Assembly (NCBI GenBank): GCA_964016885.1
Contig: OZ024741.1
Span: 380,804,001-380,868,000, forward strand
Direction: 5' to 3'
DNA from: Eledone cirrhosa
Taxonomy: Eukaryota
Length of the DNA: 64,000 nt
A program made the position numbers and the translations under genes. The notes under the pieces are model-generated. The model was not told the DNA's origin. It ran no database searches and worked only from the letters and a program-made list of their open reading frames with translations. Of the stretch, positions 36,401 to 49,400 are shown one piece after another. How positions within the stretch are numbered: the stretch's first letter is position 1; every line of letters begins with the position of its first letter.

Positions 36401-37965
36401 CTGTTCATTATTAAAGAAACAATAAATGTAAGAATTAGCAAACTTAATTTTATATATTTTCTACTAAATCATTACAGGTTTTTTAAGAGTCAACTGCGGT
36501 GCTTTTCTATGCAAGATTATATTTGACATAATAAGATTTCAAAAAAACAGCTATTACCCTGGCGGGATTCATCCCAACATTGATATCTGTCTAAAATTCC
36601 TACATGTGTTCCTTATTCATGGAACATCTAGATGACACTTCTATTGATTTTACCTGTTGTACACAGCACCTATCCACATATTTCCATTTTATCAACTTTA
36701 CCATCTTTATGCAAGCATGAAAAATGGACACTCAATGGATGAACCCTACTTTTAATTGTAGAAATGTTGATAATTGTAACCCAAAAGATTTGTATCTGAC
36801 ATGAAAGATGAGTGGTGCCAGTGGTGAGTAGGCTGTTGTTTTTTGTATATATCTGCAAATTTTAAATTCTGCATATATATATTTATTTTTCATGTTCTCA
36901 AGTGAAGATATAATTTGTTTAAAATTTATTTTTCTATTTTGAATTTTAAAAACTATTGCTCAGAGAAATTTTAGCCAAATAACATTTTAATACAGAATTC
37001 ATTACATTATATGTTTGGAAAGTTAAAATAAATAAATTAAACTATACTTTGAAATAAATTTGTATTTGCCATACTTCAAAGTCATCAAGAACTGCTGAGC
37101 TTTTAGCCAAAGGATGCAATTAAGAAATATATATATATTGTTTTTTTTCATTTGCTTTATTTATTTTTTTACTAAGAAGTTGATATCGTTTTATAGCAAG
37201 AATACAGTCTTGGAGTAGTTGATTCTATGATTACTATCTTTCTGAGCTACAAAGAAATTTAAATGATTTTAATGGAATTTATTCCACAGTAAAGGAGCTA
37301 CTTGTCTCTAATGTAAATAGCTAACAAACCATGATGTCTCTTCCATGACAAACTCTGTTTTTTTTTATATGTAATGGAGTTTAGAGGTGACTTCTTTAAT
37401 GTTAATTTTTTCCACCTTAATTTTTGAAATCAAATGAAAGCAATGTTGAAAATTTAAGTTATCATCATCCTCGTGATCATCATGATCATGATCCACATCA
37501 TCTTGAACATCATCTCCACAATCATGATCATTAATATCATTATTTCTTCTCTACCATTATTTTCCTTCCTCCACAAATTTGAATATTGTTTCTGTCATGA
37601 AATTCTTGTGCTGATCTCTCTTCATCTCTCTTCCACACACACAGAGGATTTTATCTCATTTGAATGTAATAACATTGAGAGAATACTGATAAAATAGCAT
37701 CAAGTAATCTTGAGAGCAATATTAAAATTAGAATACAGTTCCAAACATTATCTATTTCAACACACACTTTGTAATTTACAACTAGATTAGAGAACAGTTT
37801 TATGTGTACTTTTAGCAACTCAGTAGGAAGAAGTATAGTGTATAATAGTGTGGCAATGTTGCATTAATAATGGTTTCTGATTTAGTCACAAGGCCACAAA
37901 TTTGTGAGGAAGAGAAATTGTATTTTATCAACCCCAGTGTCACTGGTACTTTATTTTATTTGATC

Positions 37966-39655
37966 TAGATGTTCGGGTTTGTGTCAGGTAAAAGTACCAC
38001 AGACACTCTTTTCATTGTACGACAACTACAAGAGAAGTACCTAGCTAAAAGTAAACCCTTATACTTAGCTTTTGTTGACTTGGAAAAAGCCTTTGACAGA
38101 GTCCCTCGCTCCATTATCTGGTGGGCGCTTAGAAAACTAGGTGTTGATGAATGGCTTGTGAGAGCTATACAAGCCATGTATAAAGAAACAGTCAGCAAAG
38201 TTAGAATTAACAACGAATATAGTGAAGAGTTTAGCGTAAAAGTTGGTGTTCATCAGGGCTCCGTTCTTAGCCCCCTACTATTTATTATTGACCTTCAGGC
38301 TATAACAGAGGAGTTCAAGACCGGCTGCCCATGGGAACTCCTATATGCAGATGATCTAACGCTCATAGCTGAATCAATGACTGAACTAGAGAAGAAATTC
38401 CAAACATGGAAGCATGGCCTAGATTCAAAAGGCCTTAAAGTTAACTTGTCTAAGACTAAAGTTCTAGTTTGTAGGAAGGAAAATAGGGCACCGGTCCCAT
38501 CTGGGAAATGGCCATGCTCAGTGTGTAGGAAAGGAGTAGGCAGAAACTCCATTTTATGTCCCAAATGCAAAGTATGGGTGCATAAAAGATGTAGTGGGAT
38601 CACAGGTAAGCTAACTAAGAATATAGATTTTATATGTGGTCGGTGCTCTGGTGCAATAAGTAGCAGCAAGTGCCCACAGAATACTAGCTCATTCCATTGC
38701 ACTGATGGTTCTATAGAAATAGTGGACACCTTCCGTTACCTGGGTGACAAAATCAGCAGTGGGGGAGGGTGCTCTGAAAGTACAGTAGCTAGAGTCAGAA
38801 CGGGATGGAAAAAGTTCAGAGAGCTTATACCACTATTGGCCGCTACGATGATGCCTACATACGAACAGCAATGGTACATGGCAGTGAGACCTGGGCATTG
38901 TGTGCAGAGGATATACGCAGACTGGAGAGAAACGAAGCTTGCATGCTCTGCTGGATGTGTAATAGTAATATACGTGAACGGCAAAGCATAAACGAACTAA
39001 GGGAGAAATTAGGAATAAGAGGGATCAGATGTTGTTTACTCAAGAGAAGACTACGTTGGTATGGTCACGTGATGCGCATGAAAGACGACAGCTGTATAAA
39101 AAAGTGCAGGGTGATAAAAATAGACGGTAGCCACGGAGTAGGCAGACCCAGAAAAACCTGGGACGACTTGACAAATTCCGACCTCACACACTTACACGTC
39201 TCCAAGACAATGTCACTGGACCGAGATCTTTTGCGCTACACAGTCATACAGAAGACCCGCCTTGCCTAAATACAAAGCGAAAGCTACAGTCAGTAGGCAC
39301 CTCTTAACAAAATACCCCCCCCCCGTCCCACTACCCCCCCCCCCCCCTTAAATATCAAGTTATGTTGGTACCACAACATCCAGTCTAAAACAAATGAGGT
39401 CATGTAGGTGTCACGACAATAAAACACACAGTCCACGCTGTAATGTGGCCGTGTAGGTAACACGGTAAAAACCTCCCAGTCCACACTGTAAACGTTGGTG
39501 GTGTTAGGAAGGGCATCCAGTTGTAGAAAACCCGTCAGACAGTCCTATACGAGCAGGACAACAAATCTTGCCTTAAGTGGGAAACCTCCTGTCCAAACCC
39601 ATGCAAGCGTAGAAGATGGACGTTAAACGATGATGATGATGATGAGGATGATGAT
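37966..39655 (+). mobile_element. 5'-truncated young RTE LINE (1.7 kb) with (GAT)n tail
   Basis: RT from the FGF motif onward, 3'UTR repeats and tail at 39629-39655. Confidence 0.93.
37969..39269 (+). pseudogene. RTE reverse transcriptase (with PHD insertion); frameshifting ~30-bp deletion near 38845
   Basis: FVDLEKAFDRVP; GVHQGSVLSPLLF; LLYADDL; C4HC3; FRYLG. KGFSLKMKGRL, present in the 24-kb copy, is missing here. Confidence 0.93.
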
Positions 39656-39852
39656 GCCAGAAAGATGAGTGGGAAAGTTGATCTTGGTAGGATTTGAACT
39701 CAAAAAGTTGAAAGCAGTAACCATTAGATAGTTTGTCTAACACTCTAATAATTCTACCACTCCACCAACATCAATGGTGTATTAATAATAATAATTATTA
39801 TTATAATGTGAAACTAGCATTGAAGAACGGACGTGAAACGGTGATGATGATG

Positions 39853-40166
39853 AAGGGTCATGACTTAGTAGTTAGAGTGTTGGGCTTGCAATTGTGAGGT
39901 TGTGAGATGATTCCCGGAACATGTGATGTGTTGTTTCTTTGAGCAAGACACTTTATTTCACATAGCTACCGTTTACTCAGCTGAAGAAATGAGTTGCGAC
40001 GTCAATGATGACTTTCCCTTGGACAACACCAGTGGCATGGAGAGAGGAGATTGGTATGCATAGGTGTCTGCTGGTTTCCACAAACAACCTTGCTCAGACT
40101 TGTGCCTTGGAAGAGAAATTTCTAGGTGCAAATCCATGGTCATTTGTGACCAAAATGAGATCTCTA
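39853..40166 (+). mobile_element. CORE-type tRNA-derived SINE
   Basis: Head tgacttagtagttagagtgttgg, then ttgagcaagacactttatttcac...ctcagctgaagaaatgag. Confidence 0.65.
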
Positions 40167-40714
40167 AGTGATAATAGTCTTAATGGCCACTTTGTCATGA
40201 TGGCATATGTTGGACTGTAGTGTTTTACTGTCAGGTGTTCTTTCTGATGCCAAATCTTTTAGATATCTCTTAAAACACACAGTGATACAATGTATTTATT
40301 CTAAGATATGTGCAGTATATTTGTTACTTTTTGGAGTATGGGGTGGGGGTTTATTTAAATTAGGGAAGGAAGCATCCGTGACTCTTTTCATGTGCTTCAA
40401 AACTAGTGAGGAGAATTTATCCTCAAACTAGCTAGCTGCCTTGTGTAAATACTTACAACACGGTAGACTGTGACTAAGGTGTTGAACTAGGCAATGGATT
40501 AAGATTAGAAACATTACTTCCAGTGGTTTTTGACATTGTCTCTGTCAATCATTTTTCACCAATATGGTTCTTGGAAACCCAAGGTTATAGTAGATGAGCA
40601 ACTAAAATTGTGGGCTTTATACACGTCATAGAGATCTTGAAGCAATATCTTAAAGTCAGACACCCTGAGGCAACACATTTTGTTTCCTCTTACAAAGCAA
40701 AAGTATATGGTGTA

Positions 40715-42608
40715 TCTATATATATAAAACAGAGGATGTGTGTTTGTCTGTGTGTGTGGATTCTACATTATTCGAGGTTGGTGTCTACACCGCTCGCCCA
40801 ATCTCGCTCAAATTTGCATACATCACTCTTCATGACCCTTTACATTGCTTAGGCTACTTTGTTTTTTGATAGGTTCCCCCAGGGTCCCGCATTCCACCTT
40901 TGTGTCTATTTTGGGTGAAATCGGGAGATGAGGTTGCATTTTTATGCACGCGTGAAAAATTTTTCCTTTTGAGTTTTTTGACCCGGTTTTTTGCTAATAT
41001 GGGTAGAAAAGAGTCTAAATTTTGTTGATGTGCTCGAATCATTTCAAAATTCGGTCGAGAGTGAAGCTCGAGGTCGAATCTCCACTTCGTATATAGAGAG
41101 ATAGGAATAACAGGTCTTATAGTAACATTACCTTCCCCTTCCCCCTTCTTTAGAGAGAGAAGTTTTGGGTGTCACAGAAATATTACATTCCCCTCTCCAC
41201 TTTGGTCCGTGAGCGAACCACTGTTGCTATAGTAACATTACCTTCCCCCTCCCCCTTCTTTATTGAGCGAGGAATATAGAGAGAGACGTTGTTGGTGCTA
41301 CAGTAACATTACCTTCTCCTCTCCACTTACTTTGGTCTTTGAGACCGAGGGAACCACTGTTGCTATAGTTACAGCTTCACATGACACAAACCAGTTCCTG
41401 CCAGTTCTGACCACCTGGCACCAGTTGAGTCAGTTTTTGCTTTCTTTCGGTCGAGAAGTGGACAAATTTTCGCCTTGAATCAAAAAAAAATTTCCTGGAC
41501 GGCCGGAGGTGGCAGCTTTTATTCTGTTTTGGCAAGACTGCTATCAAAAAATTCTGCAGACTCTTATCGTTGATTTGAGTGGCCTGCAAAGCTTTGGTTT
41601 TCAAACGCTACACTTGCTACTTGGTTAGGCTACTGTGTAGATGTGTGCTTCACTCTCACTGCATTACATTTTGTGACCTCGCTTTCGGACTTTGCCATTC
41701 CCAGTACGTTTTTTGTTTACTTTTTTCTTGCTTAAAATTGTAACAATTTGTCACTTTTTTTTACCTCCCCCAAAATACTGCTTATCACCTTCGCTTTTTT
41801 GCCTTTGCTCTAAACCTGCTTCCCCTTTACTGTTTACTGTACTATTGCAACCATGCCACTGAAAAGAAAGTGTACCCTTAGCTGTAGGAAAACATCGTCT
41901 GTTGTTTCAAAAAAGAGGCGATTGAATGAGCAGTCTACGGATGCCGGACTGCCACAAACCCCTGTTACTTCACTTTCAAACTTAAGTACCCCTAGCACAG
42001 CCCAACCCAGCGCCTCTCTATCTACAGTTACCGCTTAGAATCGTGCCATTCGTAATTGTCGGAATGCAGTTGCAACAGCCGCCTCTAGGGCAGCAGAGAG
42101 TGACAGCCAAAGAGCTCTTCGTAGGGCTAGGAATGCTGCAACTACTGCTGCTGCAAGGGCCTCCAAAACTAAACAGCAAACAGCCACCAGACGGTCAAAG
42201 AACGCTGCTTCAACCGCTGCCTTCCGTGCCGCAGAAACAGACCACGAGACAGCCATCCGAAGGTCCAAGGACTCCGCCTCCAAGGCAGCTGCCAGAGCAT
42301 CCCAGACCGAGATACAGACAGCCATCCGAAGGTCCAAGGACTCCGCCTCCACCGCAGCTGCCAGAGCATCCCAGACCGAGATACAGACAGCCATCCGAAG
42401 GTCTCAGAACGCTGTATCCACTGCCACCTCCTGTGCCGCAGAACATCAAACAGCCCGCCATGCTCGGTTGGTCACAATTCTATTATCATTACAACTTTGA
42501 CATATTTTATGTAAAGTGAATATGAGAAAAAAAAATTCTTCATATTTATTGTTTCCTAATCTGAATAAAAACAGCAGTAACCCGGGCAACGCCGGGTCAT
42601 TCAGCTAG
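40715..42608 (+). mobile_element. non-autonomous Helitron (1894 bp)
   Basis: A|TCTATATATATAAA at the 5' end. 3' hairpin acccgg-gcaacg-ccgggt (42580-42597), then CTAG|T at 42605-42608. No TSD. Internal minisatellite at ~41100-41375. Confidence 0.9.
41853..42500 (+). pseudogene. N-terminal remnant of the Helitron protein with ~6.5 tandem 23-aa (STPR-like) repeats; one in-frame TAG at 42036-42038
   Basis: MPLKRK...KKRR...*NRAIRNCRNAVATAASR AAESDSQRALRRARNAATTAAAR ASKTKQQTATRRSKNAASTAAFR AAETDHETAIRRSKDSASKAAAR ASQTEIQTAIRRSKDSASTAAAR ASQTEIQTAIRRSQNAVSTATSC AAEHQTARHARL; 216 codons in one frame. Confidence 0.75.
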
Positions 42609-43542
42609 TCTCTTATAAACTGGGTACACACAGATAAATCTTGACTATCCCAAAATATAACTTTCCCTCATCCAACAGTGAGTTGTTGTCATACATTTCA
42701 TCTTCCTAGACATAGGTTAATGGGAAAGAATCAGTTGATTCTATGACAATATGTTGACCTATTAGAAACAGCAGTGAAATTATACTTCAAGATCTTAAAA
42801 CAAGAGGATATATTAAATTGTGTTATAAAATTGTGTATAAAAGAAAACATGTGATGTCCATAACTTTAATGGTTAAATTATAGGTTTTCCTGCTGAATTG
42901 AGGCTGAGCTTGGGCTAATCATCAACAACTAGAATTATTTTCTTAACAACTAAGTGTAATGGATGGGCAGAATCATTAGAGTTTCAGACAAAATGCTTTG
43001 TATCATCGCTTTTGTATCCTTATGTCTCATGTCTTTAAACTTTTAACATCTGCCTTCCCTGCCAACAAGTGTTGGATGCAGAAATACTGAATGTTCAGAT
43101 TGGCTTGGGGACTGCAACACACCTTCATATTATCCTGTGCTCTACTGAGTGCATTTTATCATGGCAACAGTACTAGGGAGATTGTCATCTCTTTGACACA
43201 ACTGAACAGTTTTGGCATGGCATCTACAGTGGGTGCCCTTCTTGTCACAGACCACTTTAAAGAGTGTCCTGTGTGCATTTATCATGTAGATCACTGACGG
43301 TAATGAGGTTGCCATAACTTTAGCTCAAATAAAGAGTCCTCCAGACTGTTTGGAAAGTTTTCTGGAACTGAATGCCTTTCCTATGACCAACCACTTTACA
43401 GAATACACTAGCTCCATTTATCATGTAGAACACTGAGATCAATAAATAAAGTATCATTCAAGTACTGGAATTCATTTAATCAACTTACTCTGTATTTTTA
43501 GTCTCTTGTCAAAAGTTGAAATCATTATTTTATTAATATCTA

Positions 43543-43762
43543 AGGGTGGTGAATTGGTATAATTGTTATTGCATTGAACAAATTATTTGTGGCATTTCTT
43601 CTGTACCTTTACTTCCTGAGTTCAAATCCTACTGAACTCAACTTTGCTTTCGTCCTTTTGAAATTGATAAAATGAAATACCAGTCAAGTACTGAAATTTA
43701 TATAATTGACTTTCCTGCTCCTCCAAATTACTGTTCCTGTGCCTAAAATAGAAATCATTATT
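43543..43762 (+). mobile_element. older, longer subfamily SINE
   Basis: Degenerate A/B boxes and core. It retains a ~30-40 bp segment before the tail that the young copies lack. Confidence 0.7.
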
Positions 43763-44504
43763 TTGTTAACATCAGAAAGTTCATTGTTATGATTTGTATG
43801 GATTTTAACATATATGCTATCTTGTTCTGAACAAGATAGCATAAATTATGTAATCTGACCGCCTCGTGACTCGGTCTGCTCTGCTGTTCTTTCAACACAA
43901 CAAACAGCTTTATATAGTTATAGCAAAAACAGACAGTTGCTTGCATGAATTATCTTCCATACATTGAATTTTAATTATAACAGCCTGCTTAAAATGTTGA
44001 CTTCAATTAATTGCTATGATTCTGATATAATTAACAAATTAATAGTTATCTAACAATTATTCTCAATTAAATTAAAATAGCTAAACTATTTATTCATTGA
44101 GATAATAGAAAGTATTTATTTAATTAATTAATTTTTTTATTCATTAGTTATACTTGTGAGATAATATTTTATTTTCTAATCCAGATATATCTCTGCATTG
44201 CCACATGCAAGATCATTTCCTGTATATAAACACATTTTTTAATTTAAACAGAAGAGTCATCAAGATATTTTTATACATTCTGGTAATATAGAAACTATAA
44301 TCTTGAAGTAGAAAAAAAATATTCATCTTACATAAAAAAATAATAAAATATGTTCGAATATTTTCAATTCCTATGTTTTGTATGTTAGTTCAGCATATTT
44401 AAATATATTTCAATATTCTGAAGGATTATCTCGTAGAACAATTCTCAGCTAAAACTATTCAGTTCGCTGGTATGGAAAAACACCCTTATCTCTCTTCTTA
44501 TCCA

Positions 44505-45360
44505 TCAACATCTCTCCCTTTTTTTGCCATTTTATTCTTTGTTGCTCTCACTCTCTTTATTTGTCTTTTACTTTATTTTTCTTGTTCATACTCTATACAT
44601 TATATCTTTCTTTAACTTGCTATATTCTTCTCCTTTTCATTTTCTTTTTCTCTTCCATTTTTGTTTTTGCTCCCTATTCTTTTCTCTCTTTCTCACTTTC
44701 TAAAATTTATCCTCTCTCTCCCCCTCCCCTCTCTCTCTCTCTGTCTCTCTTTCTCTTTCTGTGCTATGTATATTATTCTCTCACTCTCTACAAGTTTACT
44801 CTTCCCCTGCTCCCTTTACCCTGCTTAATCCTCTTTCTCCCTCTCTCACTAATAAGCTCATACACACACATACTCTCTCTCTCGCGCTCTCTACTAATCT
44901 TATTCGTTTCTCTCTCCTATTCTACACAAAGCATAGTCTTCTTTCTGTCTTCCTACAAAATTCAATTTCTCCCTATCTATTTCTGTCAAGCTTACATCTC
45001 TCTTTCTCAAGCAAACTTCCTCTCGTCTTGCTCTCCCTTTGTCTCTCACTATATCAAACTCACTTCCCTCTATTACACCCATATTCTCTCTCCCCCTCTA
45101 TCACTCTCCCTTGCCTCTCTACCAAGATTACATTCTCTTCACTTTCACTATATACACTCAGCTTACATATATTTATATCCTCCTTCTCTAATTCTCTCTT
45201 TCTCTATCTCCCTTTCTTCTTCTTCTTCTCTCACTCTGATGTCTTTCAGAATCTGTTACAAAGTTCAATTATGTTTACTGTTCATGTTCTTCAAATTTTC
45301 GGTTTTTTTCCTGTCTCCTCCCATTCTTCACTCACCACACCCACACATATTCAAATAGTC
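44505..45360. repeat. ~850-bp CT-rich low-complexity tract
   Basis: Strong pyrimidine strand bias; explains spurious ORFs 44561-45358 and 44761-45417. Confidence 0.85.
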
Positions 45361-45876
45361 TCTTTTACAAGTAACAATTTTTCATATCTATATACAGCAA
45401 CATTTTCAAGAGATTAATCAATACACTACTTTATTAGATCTTCTTAAACTGATCTAATTTTTTTTTCCAATTAACTAATTTATTAATTTACTTTATGACG
45501 TCAATTAAAACCATGGCACCATTATGTCTTTCATTAATTAAACCTCTACTTCAGTATGAAGGTAGGGGATGGTTGGATGGGTGTTAAGATTAAAAAAATG
45601 ATTTCTTAATTAGATACTACAAGTAGGTTATAATTAACTCATTAATAGACTATTATAGCATATATACTTATTTTTATCTTCGTAAGATAGAAAAATTGAT
45701 GGTGGTAGAGTTTTGAATGTGGTATATAGAGAATTAAGGTCTAAAAGATATACATTGGACTATGATTTGCTGAGGAGTTCTAATAAAACTGAAACATGTA
45801 ATCACTACAACTACCAAACATTCGACCTACATCCTATTGCATATGACCAATGAATTTTAATCAATTTATATTTCAG

Positions 45877-45979
45877 ATTTATCTCCCTTGCCATTCTTGG
45901 CTTGTATTGTGTTTAAAACTAATGATTTTCTTATTATTAAAGGTGCAATTTTAATTTTTGTTTTGGCTTACATCATTAA
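45877..45979 (+). CDS. candidate host coding exon (hydrophobic segment), unidentified
   Basis: atatttcag|...103 nt...|gtatgt. Open frame (D)LSPLPFLACIVFKTNDFLIIKGAILIFVLAYII(K), phase-compatible with 46395. Confidence 0.3.
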
Positions 45980-46394
45980 GTATGTTAACCTGTGCTTGAT
46001 TATATATAGAGTAATACGTATATGTTGTTGCTGTATTATCACTGTCACCTGCATCTCCCTTAGATAAAGAAAATAAACATTTCTTTTTATTTCTTCATCA
46101 TTCTAAATATCATCGCTATGAACAAAGAAATATTTTGTCACTCAATGTATAATTTAATTGTTTTTCTATTGTGAATTGAAATAAATTTATTCCCAACACT
46201 GCAGGCTTTTCTAAATGTCTTAACTTTCTCGAAGATTGCAAGAATATTCTTCTTATTTCTTTTTCTCTTTTTCATAGACATGAGAAGTCTGTATAATTTG
46301 TTTATATCATATTTATTGAACTAATATATTATAGCTATTTAGAATATTATGTTATTATTCTGATATTGTTCCATATATCTGATGTTCTCCTCAG

Positions 46395-46455
46395 ATACAA
46401 AAATGGTATGATCGAAAACTGCTTAGAACGAATGAAAAATAAACAAAAAGAATGA
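46395..46455 (+). CDS. candidate terminal host exon, unidentified
   Basis: gttctcctcag|A-YKNGMIENCLERMKNKQKE*; AATAAA downstream at ~46508 and ~46765. Confidence 0.3.
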
Positions 46456-49400
46456 TAAACTGGTCAATTTGATACTGTTGCTCTCCTAAGAAGGATAGAG
46501 TTACTGCAATAAAATAACAATGTATTCTGGGATATGGTATGTGGGAGCTTTATTATCTACATTATTTAACACAACAGTTTTTAAGACCTGTCTTTCTTAT
46601 TTACTGTCAATGTTGGATAGAGGTTGTTTGTTCAGGGATCTGCTGAGCTAGTAGTTATATTGGCAGTTATTTGATAACCAAATGTTCTTCAATGTGACAG
46701 CAACTGTCACTTAATTATCTTCACTGGGATTATGAAGATGTTTGCTTGCCTGAAGAATGGATCAATAAATAAATGGACTCAAAATCATTTGCATCTTTAC
46801 TTGCAATATATAATAATTTCTTGTACGAAGTAATGTTAGCTATCTTAAAATGACATGAACACACATTTGTAACCTTTAATAGCTGCATAAATACACAATA
46901 TTGAAGCATGCAAACCAAATAATATGCCATTAAAAACTATGCATGAGTTATTTACATATTTATAAAAATGTATAGTTATTGAATATCCAGAATGATATGT
47001 TTATGTGTGTAATTGTATATTTATGCCTCATCAACATTATCATCATCATTTTTGTGGCTTCTTTGCCTTGCTGTCATAAGTTGGTGAGATTGTTTCATGC
47101 AGTATTTTAGTATTTTACAGACAGATGCCTTTCTTGATGCCAATCCTTTTAGTCACCTTTTACAACAGGCAGGGATATAGTACCCCTATTCGAAAAAACT
47201 GAAACACTAAAGATGTATATAATATAGAGAGAGATAGGGTGGAGAGTGATCTGAGTTACTTCTTTTGGGGAGTTTCTACCTTCCTACATAGGCTGGAGGA
47301 TCATGTCACCGTTTTCATTTTGGCATGGGGTCTACTGCTATATGCTACTCCTAATACTAACTACTTTACAAAACGTATTGGGTACATTTTAACATGACAT
47401 CAGTACTCCAGAGTTTGTTGTCACCAGCAGAAACAGAAGGACCTCTTGTCTACGTTTTCCCCCCCTCCCCCCCCCCCCCACTTTACAGAGGGTATTGTGT
47501 ACATTTTATTGTGATACCAGCATTTGTGAGGTTGCCTTCAATCTTGCAAAATTAAAGAAAACCCACTTCCCAACATTGTCTCCATTATATTTTTAGATAT
47601 ACTATCTCTTTTTACACTCAATTGGTATCCCTTCAGGTTGGAATCCCTTCAGGTTTGATAAAATAATGTAATCTGTCCTGGGTTATGGATTGGTAGAATT
47701 GCTACAAACTTAAATGAGACATCTTGTGATATTTGTTCCAGCTCTTTGTGCAGTAGACGTAATTTGTTGATAGATTTAGCACCACTACATTGCACTGTTG
47801 CAAGCATTTAAAGCAGAGCCCTGGTTTGGGGATAACTTCTTTCCTTCTTCCCACTAATGTAAGTGTCCTGGACAAAATAAAGCATCATGGTTGCAACCAT
47901 TGTCTGTATGCCTCGATGCTAAAAAAAAATCCATCATGTGTGTTTATCTTTGAGACATTACTTCATTTATGGAATATGACAGGACAGTCAGATTAGGCGA
48001 AAACAACATTTAAGAATATTAAAAATATACAAAATCATAATCGTTCTAAACATGAATGCATGAGTACCAATGGATTTTAATAATAATGATGGAATTTGAA
48101 ATTATACACATGAAATAAACACACATATAACTAGTCTGGTATCATTATATGGGGTCCCAAAATATATTATGCTCTGTTATGGAAGTCAGCAGGTTAGGGA
48201 AACAATAAAATTGTTTTATAAAATATAAGCATGTAATTGCTTGCATGCATACTGCATAGCAAGAGCAACTGTTTGGTATGCAAGAGGTGAAGAAGAATTA
48301 GTTTGAAATAAAAAAGAAATGACAGTTTCCTAAGTGGTTTCTCTTAAGAATTTCAGTGTAAACATAGCATTTGTATGTATTTGAGGGGAGAAAGAGAGGG
48401 AGCAAAGTCTGTTTGTGTTTATGCACGAAAGTCTGGAAACATCTCTCTGTGTTTATGTATAGTGTATGTTTCACTGAAATATTAAGTCAAATTACCATTG
48501 CTATTGTGAGATTCTCAACAGTTTAAATAAAAAAATTTTAACATGTAAAACTTCTCTCATCTTTTCAACCTGAAATTGTATGAAATTTTTACCACTTTTC
48601 TTCAAAAGAAGAAAAAACAGAAAAATAAAACTGTCACTCAGTAGTTGTTTGTGTGATGGAGTTAATTCACAACACCCATATACTTTTAAGTTTGAAAGAT
48701 ATTTCTGAGCAATATACATTTTTAGGAAATAGAAACAATCAATTTAATCTGTCTACACCATGCGAAAATGGAGAAACTGACAGAAGATTGTTGATGATGG
48801 TCATTATATTGAAGGATAAAAAATGATGATTATGATGATGATAATGATGAGTTTAATATATTTGACAGCCATATTCTTCGTACATTTTGATAAAGTAGAA
48901 AGTATTTTGCAAGTCTTTTTAGATAATCATCATTTCTATCTTGTATTAAACTCTAAAGATATCTTCGTTTTGCTCTCTCCATTAAATTCCTATCTTCAAA
49001 GGAAAAGTTTTGGTAATGCTATTCCTAATATTAACTGCCGCCTGTCTCACTGTGACTATCAGAGATGCTTTCCTCACCCAATCATCACTATGTGTAGCAT
49101 TGATTACTGATATTCGCATATTCAAATCACCACTTACATTCACATAATCTCAACACACATGTATTTGCTCCAACTGATGACTTTTACCATTTTTAGACAA
49201 CCGTATCTTTATTTAATGTGAGGAAAAAAATATAATATCTATGTATTGATGATAACACATATTGTTTAAACCGTAGGAAATTCTGTCCTTTAACAATGAA
49301 GATTATTTTTTTGCTTGATCTCACCCTAAATGGAAACTAAACATCTCTCAATTTATTATAGAGTGTTTGGCGTTTGCTACAGGTTTTAGATATGGAAAAC

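Larger units (their letters stand above)
37868..39767 (-). mobile_element. old SINE split by the RTE insertion (pieces 37868-37965 and 39657-39767)
   Basis: SINE tail and core lie left of the RTE. The remaining core, B-box (ggatttgaactc) and head lie right of the RTE tail. Confidence 0.65.

Noticed and set aside
41100-41375. Repeated atagtaacattaccttcccct units as a regulatory or CRISPR array
   Set aside because: Degenerate minisatellite internal to the Helitron; the intervening sequences are related to each other.
42043-42519. Pro/Gln/Arg-rich 158-aa ORF and its antisense ORFs as genes
   Set aside because: These are alternative frames of the 69-bp repeat. The frame continuous with ATG 41853 gives the coherent helical repeat.
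44561-45417. 265-aa and 218-aa hydrophobic ORFs as membrane proteins
   Set aside because: Artefacts of a CT-rich tract that lacks stop codons.
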